From a bacterium (GTDB lineage Bacteria > Zhuqueibacterota > Zhuqueibacteria > Oceanimicrobiales > Oceanimicrobiaceae), in contig JBBIIG010000002.1 of assembly GCA_037446635.1 (NCBI GenBank), forward strand, positions 1-64,000: 64,000 nt of DNA. The letters are read 5' to 3'. A program made the translations under genes and the position numbers. This document shows, piece by piece, positions 40,901 to 49,789 of this stretch (its first letter is position 1; each line of letters begins with the position of its first letter). The notes beneath the pieces were generated by a model. It saw only the letters and a program-made list of their open reading frames with translations, did not search any database and was not told where the DNA came from.

Positions 40901-41603
40901 CGTCCCGGAGCAAGATGAAAACAACCGCCATCCGGTCGAAGAAGCGATTTCCGAGGAGTCGGAGGAGATAGATGAGAGCTTCCTGATGTCCTCTGCAGTC
41001 GATGAGCTGTTAGCCGAAAACACGGAGGTGGTGTTCGAGGACGACGGCTCGGAAGTGGAGGAGGTTGAAACGGCGGACAACAACCGCGAGGAAGCGTCAT
41101 TTGCTGATTTAATTCAGACCATCGACCAGGAGATCGTTTACATTTCCGACCCTTCCAAAGCCGCGGCAAGTACCGCGAAAAAGAAAAGAAATCGTAACGG
41201 CGAGCTCGAGCAGGGGGTTTTGGCAAAGAGCAATCGGCTAACCGATAAAGAGAAAGTTCTCATCAAGGGCATTCGCTATTACAAAAATCAAGAATATTCT
41301 CGCGCCATCCAGGAATTTCAAAAGGTGTTGAAAGAGTATCCCGATTACAAAGAAGCCCACAGCATTTTGGGCAACGCCTATTTCAGAAATCAGATGTACA
41401 ACGAAGCCGCGTTTTCATACGAACGAGTGAAAGAGCTCGATCCCAATGACATAACAGCTTACGAAAATTTAGGGGTTATCTACGCCAATCGCGGCGATTA
41501 TCGGCAGGCGATCAGCGAGTGGAAAAGAGTTCTGGAGCTGAACCCGGAGCGCACTGATGTTAAAGAGAAAATCAAGAAAGCTTTGCGAATGATTCACACT
41601 TAA
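37908..41603 (+). CDS. Multidomain sensor: RsbW-type HATPase kinase, TM/extracytoplasmic domain/TM, HAMP, SpoIIE PP2C phosphatase, tandem HTH, acidic linker, TPR
   Basis: LAVDEAATNIIRHAY, IDQG..FDP and GGLGIFIIRKLMD kinase boxes; GGDYYD, ADVSGKG, YTDGITEA and YDDISL phosphatase motifs; C-terminal TPRs. TTG start uncertain. Confidence 0.85.
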   Translation: MLSKVEKEQLKVPAQIDYLGDLRDFVTQLGKKHKFPDKVINAFKLAVDEAATNIIRHAYREKEGLITIRSIVRKSSLTICIIDQGTYFDPKHVKDPDLNRYMDIGKKGGLGIFIIRKLMDEIDYHKTEEGNELRITKYIDKPPAKERLVSTVSAIPLSIKARFFYRAIAIITLIIALGYLYFYLKADDQVMMQFMDESRATNTQIVNRVTTIVTEAVQLGVDFFDASPIREDFRHQIFHFVIEDSAGTIVYSSDPVETYTLYERPAEAELLEDGIYKYITDAGVPVYEFESDILIRNSDKKFGKAHVLFSSASIEKIIARSRLNDLKLTLFILGLSYIGVAVIVYLLVNPLRKLSSWIKDLGHGELTDEIDIDTSSEIGEIAQAFSDITHKFRESQKNLADQERLQREMKVAQDIQQTLLPMSFPELDGYELGSYYEAAKELGGDYYDFVEVDKDTLGIVVADVSGKGVPGSLVMAMIRQTLRTEARGVKDAATVLTQVNEFVSKDIKKGMFVTVFYLIVDSKRRSINFASAGHNPMILYRNSTKKTYYLNPKGFPIGIQLPDKELFKKSIESEEIQLAKDDVLLLYTDGITEAMNPNRELFGEERLQKVLRDFGHLPVNDFVEKLKQAIYSFTEGNPQYDDISLVVIKEKSTREEDELRRAKEAHLLIGQGVSIREACERVNLTTYAYYNKYKKIFEEEGVDAFEVGNEASIEAKHLSIEEKVKILDIIAQHPEYGAGRISEVLNSERYGFEKISENKIYDELVRSRLNTRPLREAYIQRLRSGRRRLKPPGTPMMTLDGKLIIERQDDMGMLPPPKRELPTRKTERDIEPAPLFDDSAESLLTVAPDKTTSRVSEFDIEEELQFDVPIDELLAKDRSQDEMTPVAAPPEAQPLEPTTAAPFDEQESLYDQFTEAHSEPLDPDFADEETAAAAEEIAATEASVFDDNLSFQNYFSDAAQADASDDDFEDDEPAKQVTMVDEVDENEPARFEPLVAKAVPEQDENNRHPVEEAISEESEEIDESFLMSSAVDELLAENTEVVFEDDGSEVEEVETADNNREEASFADLIQTIDQEIVYISDPSKAAASTAKKKRNRNGELEQGVLAKSNRLTDKEKVLIKGIRYYKNQEYSRAIQEFQKVLKEYPDYKEAHSILGNAYFRNQMYNEAAFSYERVKELDPNDITAYENLGVIYANRGDYRQAISEWKRVLELNPERTDVKEKIKKALRMIHT

Positions 41604-41614
41604 ATTTTGTTTTG

Positions 41615-41643
41615 TTGACTTTTTGGTCATTTTCATTTATATT
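41615..41643 (+). promoter_or_regulatory. Putative sigma70 promoter for the STAS gene
   Basis: TTGACT-17 bp-TATATT, with AGGAG RBS before 41688. Confidence 0.55.
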
Positions 41644-41687
41644 CATCAGCGTTTTACTGTTTAAATTATATTTACCAGGAGAAACCC

Positions 41688-42395
41688 ATGGAAGGCATAC
41701 AGGTTTCAGTTGATAAGGCCGGTGTCAATCAGCAGATTTCTATCATCAAAGTTGGCGGCTACATCGATACCACCACCTCCGCTGAGCTTGAACATGCTTT
41801 ATCTACATTACTAAAAGCCAATCGCCATAATATCATCATAGATTTGGGGAATGTCGATTACATCAGCAGCGCCGGCTGGGGTATTTTCATCAGCGAGATC
41901 AAAGGCATCCGCGAAAAGAACGGCGATCTCAAATTGGCGCGCATGATCCCGGATGTCTATGAGGTCTTCGAGCTGCTGGAATTTCATTACATTCTGCGCG
42001 CGTTTGATACTCTGGAAGAAGCCATCGCTGATTTCGATCAAGAGGGCGGAAGCGGCGGCCGCGTTGCTTTGCCAGTAAAGGAGCGCGAGGAGCGTGATGA
42101 GCACGTGCAAGTGGCGTCCAAAACCGAGCCGAAAGTCATGCAGGTGGATGGAAATTACAAGCCCAAACCAGAGCCGCAGTTAGAAACCATCGAAGAGAAG
42201 CTGCGCCGCATCATCATCGAAAACCCCGATTCCGGCATGTTTCAAATCATTCGCACCCTCAACACACCGACTTACGGCAACATCAAGCTGGGCTGGTTTG
42301 ACATGCGAAAATATTTGAAGCAACTGAATCTCGACACCAAAAAGAAGAGAATGGCGTTTTTCAAGCAGCACAGCTTTGGCAAGCTTGTGAATTAG
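41688..42395 (+). CDS. STAS anti-sigma-factor antagonist (RsbV/SpoIIAA-like) with C-terminal HTH-like extension
   Basis: GYIDTT and IIIDLGNVDYISSAGWG phosphoacceptor motif; extra ~65-aa domain after a linker. Confidence 0.85.
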   Translation: MEGIQVSVDKAGVNQQISIIKVGGYIDTTTSAELEHALSTLLKANRHNIIIDLGNVDYISSAGWGIFISEIKGIREKNGDLKLARMIPDVYEVFELLEFHYILRAFDTLEEAIADFDQEGGSGGRVALPVKEREERDEHVQVASKTEPKVMQVDGNYKPKPEPQLETIEEKLRRIIIENPDSGMFQIIRTLNTPTYGNIKLGWFDMRKYLKQLNLDTKKKRMAFFKQHSFGKLVN

Positions 42396-42492
42396 GAATG
42401 GGGCCTGGACGCGGCGCGCGATCAATTTCTTCACCCTCTCCACCTTCCCTATAAATTTCTACCGTTAGAAACTACGAGCGCCGTTTTTTGTC

Positions 42493-43506
42493 ATGTTTAT
42501 CGATCACGTCAGAATTCGGGTGAAAGCGGGCAACGGCGGCAGCGGCTGCGTCAGTTTTCGCCGCGAGAAGTTCCGCCCCAAAGGCGGCCCGGACGGCGGC
42601 GACGGCGGACACGGCGGCAGCATTTACATCGCCGCTGACCCGCGGCTCTCCACCCTGCTCGATTTCAAATATCACCCCAATTTCAAAGCCGAAAGCGCCG
42701 AACACGGCAAAGGCTCTAATCAGCACGGCAAAGGCGGCGCGGACTTGATTTTAAAAGTTCCAGTGGGAACCGTGATCAAAGACGGTGCAACCGGCGCGGT
42801 TCTGGCCGATTTGATTGCGCCCAACCAAAGCGTGCTCGTGGCGAAAGGCGGCCGCGGCGGCCGCGGCAATGCGCGTTTTGTGAGTCCAACCAACCAGGCG
42901 CCGCGCCATTGGGAGCCGGGGGAATTTGGCGAGGAGAGAGAGCTCGAGCTGGAGCTGAAGCTGATCGCCGATGTTGGGCTGGTGGGTCTGCCCAACGCCG
43001 GCAAGTCCACCCTGTTGTCGAAGCTTTCCGCCGCGCGCCCGAAAATTGCCGATTATCCTTTCACCACGTTGAAACCCAATTTAGGAATCGTCAAACACCG
43101 CGATCACGACAGCTTCGTGATGGCCGATATTCCTGGTCTCATTGAAGGCGCTCATCTCGGCAAGGGTTTGGGGATGGAATTTCTGCGCCACATTGAGCGC
43201 ACCTCCGTGCTGGTGTTTTTGCTGGATTGCACCAGCGAAAACCTCGAGCGCGATTATCATACGCTGTGTGAGGAGCTGCGGCACTATAAATCCGAGCTGC
43301 TGGCGCGGCCGCAAATTGTCGCCATTACCAAAATAGATTTGCAGCCGCAAACGGACTTGGTCCGCTTCGAGAAAAAAATAGCGGCTCCGGTTTGCAAAAT
43401 TTCCAGCGTGAGCGGCGAAGGGCTGGCCCATTTGAAAGAATTAATTTGGCAGCAACTTCAACTTATAAAATCCAATTCTCAAAAACGGGTCGAATATGCG
43501 GAGTGA
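42493..43506 (+). CDS. obgE: GTPase ObgE/CgtA
   Basis: Gly-rich Obg domain, GLPNAGKST, YPFTT and DIPG motifs. Confidence 0.97.
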   Translation: MFIDHVRIRVKAGNGGSGCVSFRREKFRPKGGPDGGDGGHGGSIYIAADPRLSTLLDFKYHPNFKAESAEHGKGSNQHGKGGADLILKVPVGTVIKDGATGAVLADLIAPNQSVLVAKGGRGGRGNARFVSPTNQAPRHWEPGEFGEERELELELKLIADVGLVGLPNAGKSTLLSKLSAARPKIADYPFTTLKPNLGIVKHRDHDSFVMADIPGLIEGAHLGKGLGMEFLRHIERTSVLVFLLDCTSENLERDYHTLCEELRHYKSELLARPQIVAITKIDLQPQTDLVRFEKKIAAPVCKISSVSGEGLAHLKELIWQQLQLIKSNSQKRVEYAE

Positions 43507-44593
43507 GCACGAGGCTTTGCTGTGGCTGAGCGCCGCGCCGTTGGTTGGCTCCGGTAAACTACGCGCGCTGGTGGGACGGTTTCGTTCCGCGGAAAAAGTT
43601 TTGTCGGCGTCGAAAAAGGATTTGATGTCGGTGGATGGCATCGATGTCAAAACCGCCGAAAGCATCCAGTCGTTTGACGGCGCTGCGTTTGTAAAAGATC
43701 AAAGCGCGCGCTTGATTCGCGCCGACGCCCGGCTCATCTCGTTTTGGGATGCAGACTATCCCGACGCGCTCAAGCAAATTTATGATCCGCCGGCGTTTCT
43801 GTTCGTGAAAGGGGATCTGAAAAAAGAAGATGCGTTTTCGATTGCGATTGTCGGAACGCGCCAACCCAGCAATTACGGCAAGCTGGTGACCGAGCGCTTC
43901 ACTCGCGAGCTGACCCAGGCGGGTTTTGCGATTGTCAGCGGGCTGGCGTACGGCGTCGATACCCTTGCCCACAAAGTTGCGGTGGAAGCCGGCGGCCGCA
44001 CCATCGCGGTGCTGGGTTCGGGCGTTGATGTCATTTATCCAAATGAAAACCGCGGGTTGGCCAAAAAGATTGCCAGCTCCGGGGCGCTGGTTTCGGAATT
44101 TCCCCTGGGAACCGATCCCGACCGCAACAATTTTCCCCGCCGCAATCGCATCATCTGCGGCCTGAGTTTGGGCACGCTGGTGATTGAAGCCGGCGCCAAA
44201 AGCGGCGCGCTGATCACCGCCGCCATGGCCCTCGACCAGGGCCGCGAGGTGTTCGCCGTTCCCGGCAACATCGACAGCCCAAAAAGCATCGGCGCCAATG
44301 CGCTCATCAAGCAGGGCGCGAAACTGGCGGCTTCAGTGCAGGATATTTTGGAGGAAATTCAGCCGCAATTTAAGCTGAATTTGCAGTTTGAGAAAAAGCA
44401 GCAGGAGGAGTTGAATTTGCCCGAGCCAGAAAAAATCATCTTCAACCTTATCACCAACGAACCCAAGCACATTGATGCTATTGCTGCTGCCAGCGGCCAA
44501 CCCACTTCGCTCACCCTCTCGCGGCTGCTCTCTTTGGAGTTGAAGAATTTAGTGCGGCAATTGCCGGGGAAATATTTTGTGCGGTTTTTTTGA
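43496..44593 (+). CDS. dprA: DNA-processing protein DprA
   Basis: IAIVGTR, VSGLAYGVD, FPRRNRII and SGALITA motifs. Confidence 0.95.
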   Translation: MRSEHEALLWLSAAPLVGSGKLRALVGRFRSAEKVLSASKKDLMSVDGIDVKTAESIQSFDGAAFVKDQSARLIRADARLISFWDADYPDALKQIYDPPAFLFVKGDLKKEDAFSIAIVGTRQPSNYGKLVTERFTRELTQAGFAIVSGLAYGVDTLAHKVAVEAGGRTIAVLGSGVDVIYPNENRGLAKKIASSGALVSEFPLGTDPDRNNFPRRNRIICGLSLGTLVIEAGAKSGALITAAMALDQGREVFAVPGNIDSPKSIGANALIKQGAKLAASVQDILEEIQPQFKLNLQFEKKQQEELNLPEPEKIIFNLITNEPKHIDAIAAASGQPTSLTLSRLLSLELKNLVRQLPGKYFVRFF

Positions 44594-44652
44594 TGCTTTT
44601 TAAAAATCTCGTGCTCTTCGTGTACTTGGTGGTGAATCAATAAGCCGACGCC

Positions 44653-46338
44653 TCAGCTTTGGGTTTTCTTTTCGATTTTGGCCCAAGTATCTCGCAGCGT
44701 CACGGCACGGTTGAAGACCAACTTCTGCGGCCGCGAATCTTTATCGACGCAAAAATACCCCAACCGCTCGAATTGGTAGCGGCTTCCGGGCGCGACGCTC
44801 GCTAAACTCGATTCCACTCGGCAATCGCTGAGGACTTGCAGCGAGTTGGGATTCAAATCCTCTTTGAAATCGCGGCCCCCTTCACCCGGAACCGCTTTTG
44901 TGAAGAGATGGTCGTAAAGCCGAACTTCGGCCTTTATCGCCTGCGCCGCCGACACCCAGTGAATGGTTCCCTTCACTTTGCGGCCGTCGGGGGCGTCGCC
45001 GCCGCGAGTTTGGGGATCGTACGTGCAGTGAATTTCCACCACTCGGCCGGTTTTATCCTTAATTACATCCACGCATTTGATGAAATAAGCGTAGCGCAGC
45101 CGTACTTCTACTCCGGGCGAGAGACGGAAATATTTCGGCGGCGGGTTCTCGCGAAAATCGTCCTGTTCGATATACAGCTCCCGTGAAAACGGAACGCTGC
45201 GCGTGCCCATCGCCGGATCTTCGGGATTGTTCACCGCGGGCAGTTCTTCCACTTTGCCCTCGGGATAATTTTCGATGACCACTTTCAGGGGCCGCAGCAC
45301 CGCCATCACCCGCGGCGCGCGCTGGTTCAAATCTTCCCGCAGGCAGTGCTCCAGCAGGGCAATGTCCACCAGGTTGTCGGCCCGCGCAACTCCGATGCGT
45401 TCGCAAAAATTGCGAATGGCCTCCGGGGTGTAGCCTCGCCGCCGCAGGCCGGCAAGGGTGGGCATCCGAGGGTCGTCCCAACCGGCCACATGACTGCCTT
45501 CGACTAATTCCAGCAACTTGCGTTTGCTCATCACGGTGTGGCTGAGGTTGAGGCGGGCGAACTCGATTTGTTGGGGATGATGAATTCCGAGGTTGTCGAT
45601 GAACCAGTCGTAGAGCGGCCGGTGGTCTTCAAACTCCAGCGTGCAAATCGAGTGGGTGATCTTTTCGATGGCATCGGACTGCCCGTGCGCCCAGTCGTAA
45701 GTGGGATAAATGCACCACTTGTCGCCGGTGCGGTGATGTTCCGCGTGCAGAATGCGGTACATCACCGGGTCACGCAGGTTGATGTTGCCGGAAGCCATGT
45801 CGATTTTGGCGCGCAGGGTGCGCGCGCCGTCCGGAAATTCTCCTTTGCGCATTCTCTCGAACAAATCGAGACTCTCTTCCACCGAGCGGTTGCGATAGGG
45901 ACTTTCTTTGCCGGGCTTGGTCAGCGTGCCGCGGTACTCGCGGATTTCCTCGGCGCTGAGATCGTCCACGTAGGCTTTGCCGGCTTTAATGAGCTGAATG
46001 GCGAACTCGTAAAGCTGATCAAAATAGTCGGAAGCGTAATAAAGGTGCTCACCCCAATCGAACCCCAGCCAGCGTACGTCTGCCATGATCGAATCAACGT
46101 ATTCCTGCTCTTCTTTGGTGGGATTGGTGTCGTCGAATCGCAGGTGGCAGACGCCGCCATAGTCGCGCGCGAGGCCAAAATTCAAGCAGATGGATTTGGC
46201 GTGGCCGATGTGCAAATAGCCGTTGGGTTCCGGCGGAAAGCGCGTCGCCACCCGGCCGCCATATTTGTTGGTTTCGAGATCTTGGTCGATGATATCGCGA
46301 ATGAAGTTCGACGGGGCTTTGGTTTCGATTTCGGGCAT
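44653..46338 (-). CDS. glnS: Glutamine--tRNA ligase
   Basis: [19 protein letters not shown] and QFERLGYF motifs; GAGGT RBS supports the start at 46338. Confidence 0.95.
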   Translation of the reverse strand: MPEIETKAPSNFIRDIIDQDLETNKYGGRVATRFPPEPNGYLHIGHAKSICLNFGLARDYGGVCHLRFDDTNPTKEEQEYVDSIMADVRWLGFDWGEHLYYASDYFDQLYEFAIQLIKAGKAYVDDLSAEEIREYRGTLTKPGKESPYRNRSVEESLDLFERMRKGEFPDGARTLRAKIDMASGNINLRDPVMYRILHAEHHRTGDKWCIYPTYDWAHGQSDAIEKITHSICTLEFEDHRPLYDWFIDNLGIHHPQQIEFARLNLSHTVMSKRKLLELVEGSHVAGWDDPRMPTLAGLRRRGYTPEAIRNFCERIGVARADNLVDIALLEHCLREDLNQRAPRVMAVLRPLKVVIENYPEGKVEELPAVNNPEDPAMGTRSVPFSRELYIEQDDFRENPPPKYFRLSPGVEVRLRYAYFIKCVDVIKDKTGRVVEIHCTYDPQTRGGDAPDGRKVKGTIHWVSAAQAIKAEVRLYDHLFTKAVPGEGGRDFKEDLNPNSLQVLSDCRVESSLASVAPGSRYQFERLGYFCVDKDSRPQKLVFNRAVTLRDTWAKIEKKTQS

Positions 46339-46409
46339 AGTCGCTTTTACCTCTTTCATCAAATGCCATTTCTTATTTACAAAACAGAAGCGCGCGCTGG
46401 CTTTACGCT

Positions 46410-46985
46410 CTACGCTTTTTGCGCCGCGGGCCGGGTCATCCAAGCCAAAACCAGACCGCCTAAAAACCAGCCGATGACGTGATCCGCCATGTAAGCCAGC
46501 GTGTAGCTGGTGGGAAAGCCGTACCAGTTCCAATAGGAGAGGTCGATCTCCAGTCCGGCGAAGAGGCCGAACAGGGCGACAAACCCGGCCTTGCCAACGA
46601 ATCCTCCCAAATTGCCCACAACCTTGCTTAACACAAACGCGGCCACCAAACCGGCGAGGATGTTGGTGAGAAGCTCGGTAACGAATTTGCTCGGCGGCAT
46701 CGGCTCCCCGCCCAGGGGTTGGTAAATTATGACGCCGGCCGGGCCAGTGCGATACTTTTCCGTCCAGGCCGCTGTCGCTTCTTTAGAAGCGCTGTGGTCG
46801 ATCCACGGGAAAAAATAGAAGCCGGGTTCGGCGACATTTTCTTTCAAAACGGTGAGCACGGCCTCTTCGTTGGATAAACTTTTGATGCCGGTTTCACCCA
46901 GTCCCAGCACCATGTGGGAAATGGCGCCCCAAACAAACACGGCTACCCCCGCTAAAATTCCTCCCAGTACTAATTTTTTAGACAT
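46410..46985 (-). CDS. Hypothetical 4-TM membrane protein
   Basis: GGAGGAG RBS, hydrophobic helices and [15 protein letters not shown] segments. Confidence 0.7.
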   Translation of the reverse strand: MSKKLVLGGILAGVAVFVWGAISHMVLGLGETGIKSLSNEEAVLTVLKENVAEPGFYFFPWIDHSASKEATAAWTEKYRTGPAGVIIYQPLGGEPMPPSKFVTELLTNILAGLVAAFVLSKVVGNLGGFVGKAGFVALFGLFAGLEIDLSYWNWYGFPTSYTLAYMADHVIGWFLGGLVLAWMTRPAAQKA

Positions 46986-47051
46986 ATTCTCCTCCAGCCG
47001 TTTAAAATTGTTGGAATATAGTTAAATCAAGCTAAAGACGCAACTGAGCTT

Positions 47052-47459
47052 TTATTTATGTTGCGTAAGACTGAACCAGTTGCCGGAATTATCTTTGAAA
47101 ACGGCCTCGACGCCGTAGGGCCGCTCCTGCGGCTCGGACAGAAATTCCACGCCGTTGCGTTTCAACTCTTCATAAGTTTTGCGGCAGTCTTGGGTCTCGA
47201 ACACGCCGGCGCCTAACACGCCTTTGCGTACAATTTCCTGCAATTGGTTGGCGGTGGCTTCGTCCCACACCATACCTGGGCGAATTTCCATCAGCACGAT
47301 TTCCAGCTCCGGCTGTTCTTTGGGACCAACGGTCAGCCAGCGGAAGTCACCCATGCGGGCATCCGTGCGCACCTCGAAGCCTAATTTTTTGGTGTAAAAT
47401 TCTAAAGCCTCGTCCTGGTTCAGAACATAGACAGTCGTGTGCGACATTCTTTGAATCAT
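47052..47459 (-). CDS. VOC/glyoxalase family protein
   Basis: ALEFYTKKLGF, RWLTV and FKDNSGNW motifs; GGAGGT RBS. Confidence 0.88.
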   Translation of the reverse strand: MIQRMSHTTVYVLNQDEALEFYTKKLGFEVRTDARMGDFRWLTVGPKEQPELEIVLMEIRPGMVWDEATANQLQEIVRKGVLGAGVFETQDCRKTYEELKRNGVEFLSEPQERPYGVEAVFKDNSGNWFSLTQHK

Positions 47460-47589
47460 AGTCACCTCCGGGTTTAATTCTTGGGATGAGATTTTTTTGG
47501 TGAGAAGATAGGTTTCGGCGGGAAATTTTGCTACTCGAAAATTGCTAAGTTGGATCGAGGCTGTCCCAAAAGTCGATTTTTTGTTGATG

Positions 47590-47660
47590 GTCATGCCTAA
47601 ATGCTTTTATTGGACAGCCAGTTTGTGGCCGCAGAAGACTCCCGCTAAAAACATGCGGGA
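47590..47660. repeat. 71-bp REP-like direct repeat, copy 1
   Basis: Identical to 48158-48228; contains the hairpin TCCCGC...GCGGGA. Confidence 0.9.
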
Positions 47661-47698
47661 GTGACAGATTGATATTTTTTGCACAGCTCCAGTTATCT

Positions 47699-48106
47699 TC
47701 ACGCGGCTCCGGTAAAAACCGTTTTCTCATCCACAAAACAGAGGGGATTGCCAAACGGATCGATAGCGTAGAAACAGCGCTCGCCCCACGGCCGGGTCGC
47801 GATTTCCCCCATCGGCAAGCCGCCGTCGCCGATTTCCGTGGAGAGGGCGCCTAATTTTTCAACGCGTTGGTAAACGGCTTCGAGATCCGCCACGGCAAAA
47901 TAGCAATGCTCCTGATTGACCCGCGCGTAAAAGTCGTCGCCGTCGGCGCGCGGGTCGTAGCAAGCGAGGATGACGCCGGCGCAATCGAAGTAATGCCGGC
48001 CATTTGAGACGCGCTGGCCTTTGATTCCCAACGCCGCCGTGTAAAACGCTTCGGCTTCATCGATGTTGAAAACCGGCAAAATGACGCGGTAGAGTTTGGG
48101 GGGCAT
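47699..48106 (-). CDS. VOC/glyoxalase family protein
   Basis: AEAFYTAALG, HCYFAVADLE and RPWGERCFYAIDPFGNPL motifs. Confidence 0.88.
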   Translation of the reverse strand: MPPKLYRVILPVFNIDEAEAFYTAALGIKGQRVSNGRHYFDCAGVILACYDPRADGDDFYARVNQEHCYFAVADLEAVYQRVEKLGALSTEIGDGGLPMGEIATRPWGERCFYAIDPFGNPLCFVDEKTVFTGAA

Positions 48107-48157
48107 TTTTGTTTCCTTTCTTTTTTCGTTAAGGGGCTTTCAAAATGCCAGCTTTCT

Positions 48158-48228
48158 GTCATGCCTAAATGCTTTTATTGGACAGCCAGTTTGTGGCCGC
48201 AGAAGACTCCCGCTAAAAACATGCGGGA
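48158..48228. repeat. 71-bp REP-like direct repeat, copy 2
   Basis: Identical to 47590-47660. Confidence 0.9.
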
Positions 48229-48271
48229 AGAACAGCCACGCGACCCCCTTTTTGGACAACCCGTGAGTTAA

Positions 48272-48727
48272 TTATTGCGCAGTTTTGACGCCAAACATTT
48301 TCAGAAAACAGGCCGGCGCCGCCAACTCCGGCATCTGCGCAGCCGCTTGCTTGCGTTTGGCTATATGAGTTCGATAAAGATTGGGAGGAAGTCCAACGTG
48401 TCTGTGAAAGAGGCTGCAAAACGAGCCCACGCTTTCGAACCCCACCTCGAAACAGATTTCGGTGACGGAAAGATTGGTCGCGGCCAGCAGTTGCTTGGCG
48501 CCCTCGATGCGGCGCCGCGTGAGATATTGGTGCGGGGTTTGGTTAAAAATTTTCCGAAACACCCGCAGAAAATGATAGCGGGAAAAATGCGCCTGCCGGG
48601 AAATTTGCTGGAGATCGAGCGGGCGGTGGAACGACTGGTCGATGAACTTGCGGGCGCGGTAAACCCGCCGGTAAACTTCCGATTTCCCAGCGCCGGTCTG
48701 GGCGGCTATGTGAAAGCTCGGATTCAT
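48272..48727 (-). CDS. Short AraC-family regulator (HTH only)
   Basis: SRYHFLRVF...TPHQYL...SVTEICFEVGFESVGSF. Confidence 0.9.
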   Translation of the reverse strand: MNPSFHIAAQTGAGKSEVYRRVYRARKFIDQSFHRPLDLQQISRQAHFSRYHFLRVFRKIFNQTPHQYLTRRRIEGAKQLLAATNLSVTEICFEVGFESVGSFCSLFHRHVGLPPNLYRTHIAKRKQAAAQMPELAAPACFLKMFGVKTAQ

Positions 48728-48736
48728 GGTTGGCGC

Positions 48737-48796
48737 AAGCTAATAAAAAATGTTTTCTTTGTCAATATTGACAATCTGCTTTAATTTGCTTATTGT
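48737..48796. promoter_or_regulatory. Divergent promoters with back-to-back -35 boxes
   Basis: Palindrome TTGTCAATATTGACAA; plus strand TTGACA-17-TATTGT, minus strand TTGACA-17-TAGCTT. Confidence 0.55.
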
Positions 48797-48850
48797 AAGC
48801 CGATTTCAAAATCATCCATTTTATCAACTTTCAATCACAGGAGGAGGGAG

Positions 48851-49180
48851 ATGAACGCCGAAATGAGCACCACGGTTTTTTGGGGAATTTTTGCAGTGGG
48901 TTTCGTTTTTGGTTATCTGCTTTATTATGCCGTTCGGCACACCAAGGAATTTAACGCCGATATGCTGGTGGTGGCCATCGGTGCCGTGGGCGGGGCCGTC
49001 GTCATCGGATTGGTGGGAAGGCACGACGACTGGATCGGCCCCTACGGAATTGGCTTGGCCGCTGGCTTCCTTTTTTATTTCATCCTTTCGATAATTTTAA
49101 TTGCCACCGGCCTGTTCGAAAAATTTTCCAGCGTCGGCATCCTCAGCAAAACTCTGCTGGGAGCGCCCCGAAGTGAATAA
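48851..49180 (+). CDS. Small 3-TM membrane protein of unknown function
   Basis: GGAGGAGG RBS and Gly-rich hydrophobic helices. Confidence 0.7.
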   Translation: MNAEMSTTVFWGIFAVGFVFGYLLYYAVRHTKEFNADMLVVAIGAVGGAVVIGLVGRHDDWIGPYGIGLAAGFLFYFILSIILIATGLFEKFSSVGILSKTLLGAPRSE

Positions 49181-49203
49181 TAAAATGCACAAGGAATTTT
49201 AGT

Positions 49204-49698
49204 ATGATAAAAAATGGATTAGCTATTTCAATGCTTTGCGTTTTTCTCATCGGTTGTCAGGGTGCAGGCGAGCAACCAAGCCCGGCAACCAGCCAGACGG
49301 CGACGACTACCGGCCCGCAAATTGTGAAGATTCCCATTTCATCCCCGGCGCAAGTGGACAGCCTGCGCCAACGCGGCATCGAGATTCTGGTGGCGGAGGA
49401 AACCTACGTTGCCGCGCGGCTGGCGCCCGAGGAAGAAGTCAAAGTTCAAGGGCTGCAATTGAAAACCGAACCCATCCAGGAAGCGGAACTGGTGCAGCGG
49501 CTGGTGCGGATTTCCGGCGTGGATAAAGCGCGGCTGCAGGAGCTGGTGGATCTCGGCATCGACGTGTGGGAAGTGGAGGAAGGCGCCGTCACCGCGCAGG
49601 TGTTCGACAAACACATTTGGGAAATGCAGCAGCGCGGTTTTACCGTCGAGATTCTTGAGCGCAACGTACAAGATGTGGTGAGGAAAGCGCAAAAGTAG
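49204..49698 (+). CDS. Lipoprotein made of two carboxypeptidase-propeptide-like domains
   Basis: LIGC lipobox; internal duplication VKIPI...LRQRGIEIL / VRISG...LVDLGIDVWEV...QRGFTVEIL. Confidence 0.6.
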   Translation: MIKNGLAISMLCVFLIGCQGAGEQPSPATSQTATTTGPQIVKIPISSPAQVDSLRQRGIEILVAEETYVAARLAPEEEVKVQGLQLKTEPIQEAELVQRLVRISGVDKARLQELVDLGIDVWEVEEGAVTAQVFDKHIWEMQQRGFTVEILERNVQDVVRKAQK

Positions 49699-49700
49699 TT

Positions 49701-49766
49701 AATGCAAAATTCAAATAGCAAAATGAAAAATGCAAATTTGAGTTCTGCAATTTGCATTTTGCATTC
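49701..49766. repeat. Inverted heptamer-repeat hairpin (AATGCAA)n/(TTGCATT)n
   Basis: AATGCAAAATTCAAATAGCAAAATGAAAAATGCAA...TGCAATTTGCATTTTGCATT. Confidence 0.6.
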
Positions 49767-49789
49767 AACTTAAGAAGGAGATTAGGCTT

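Noticed and set aside
47590..48228. CRISPR array or integron attC sites
   Set aside because: There are only two 71-bp copies, no cas or integrase gene, and no clear RYYYAAC/GTTRRRY core pattern.
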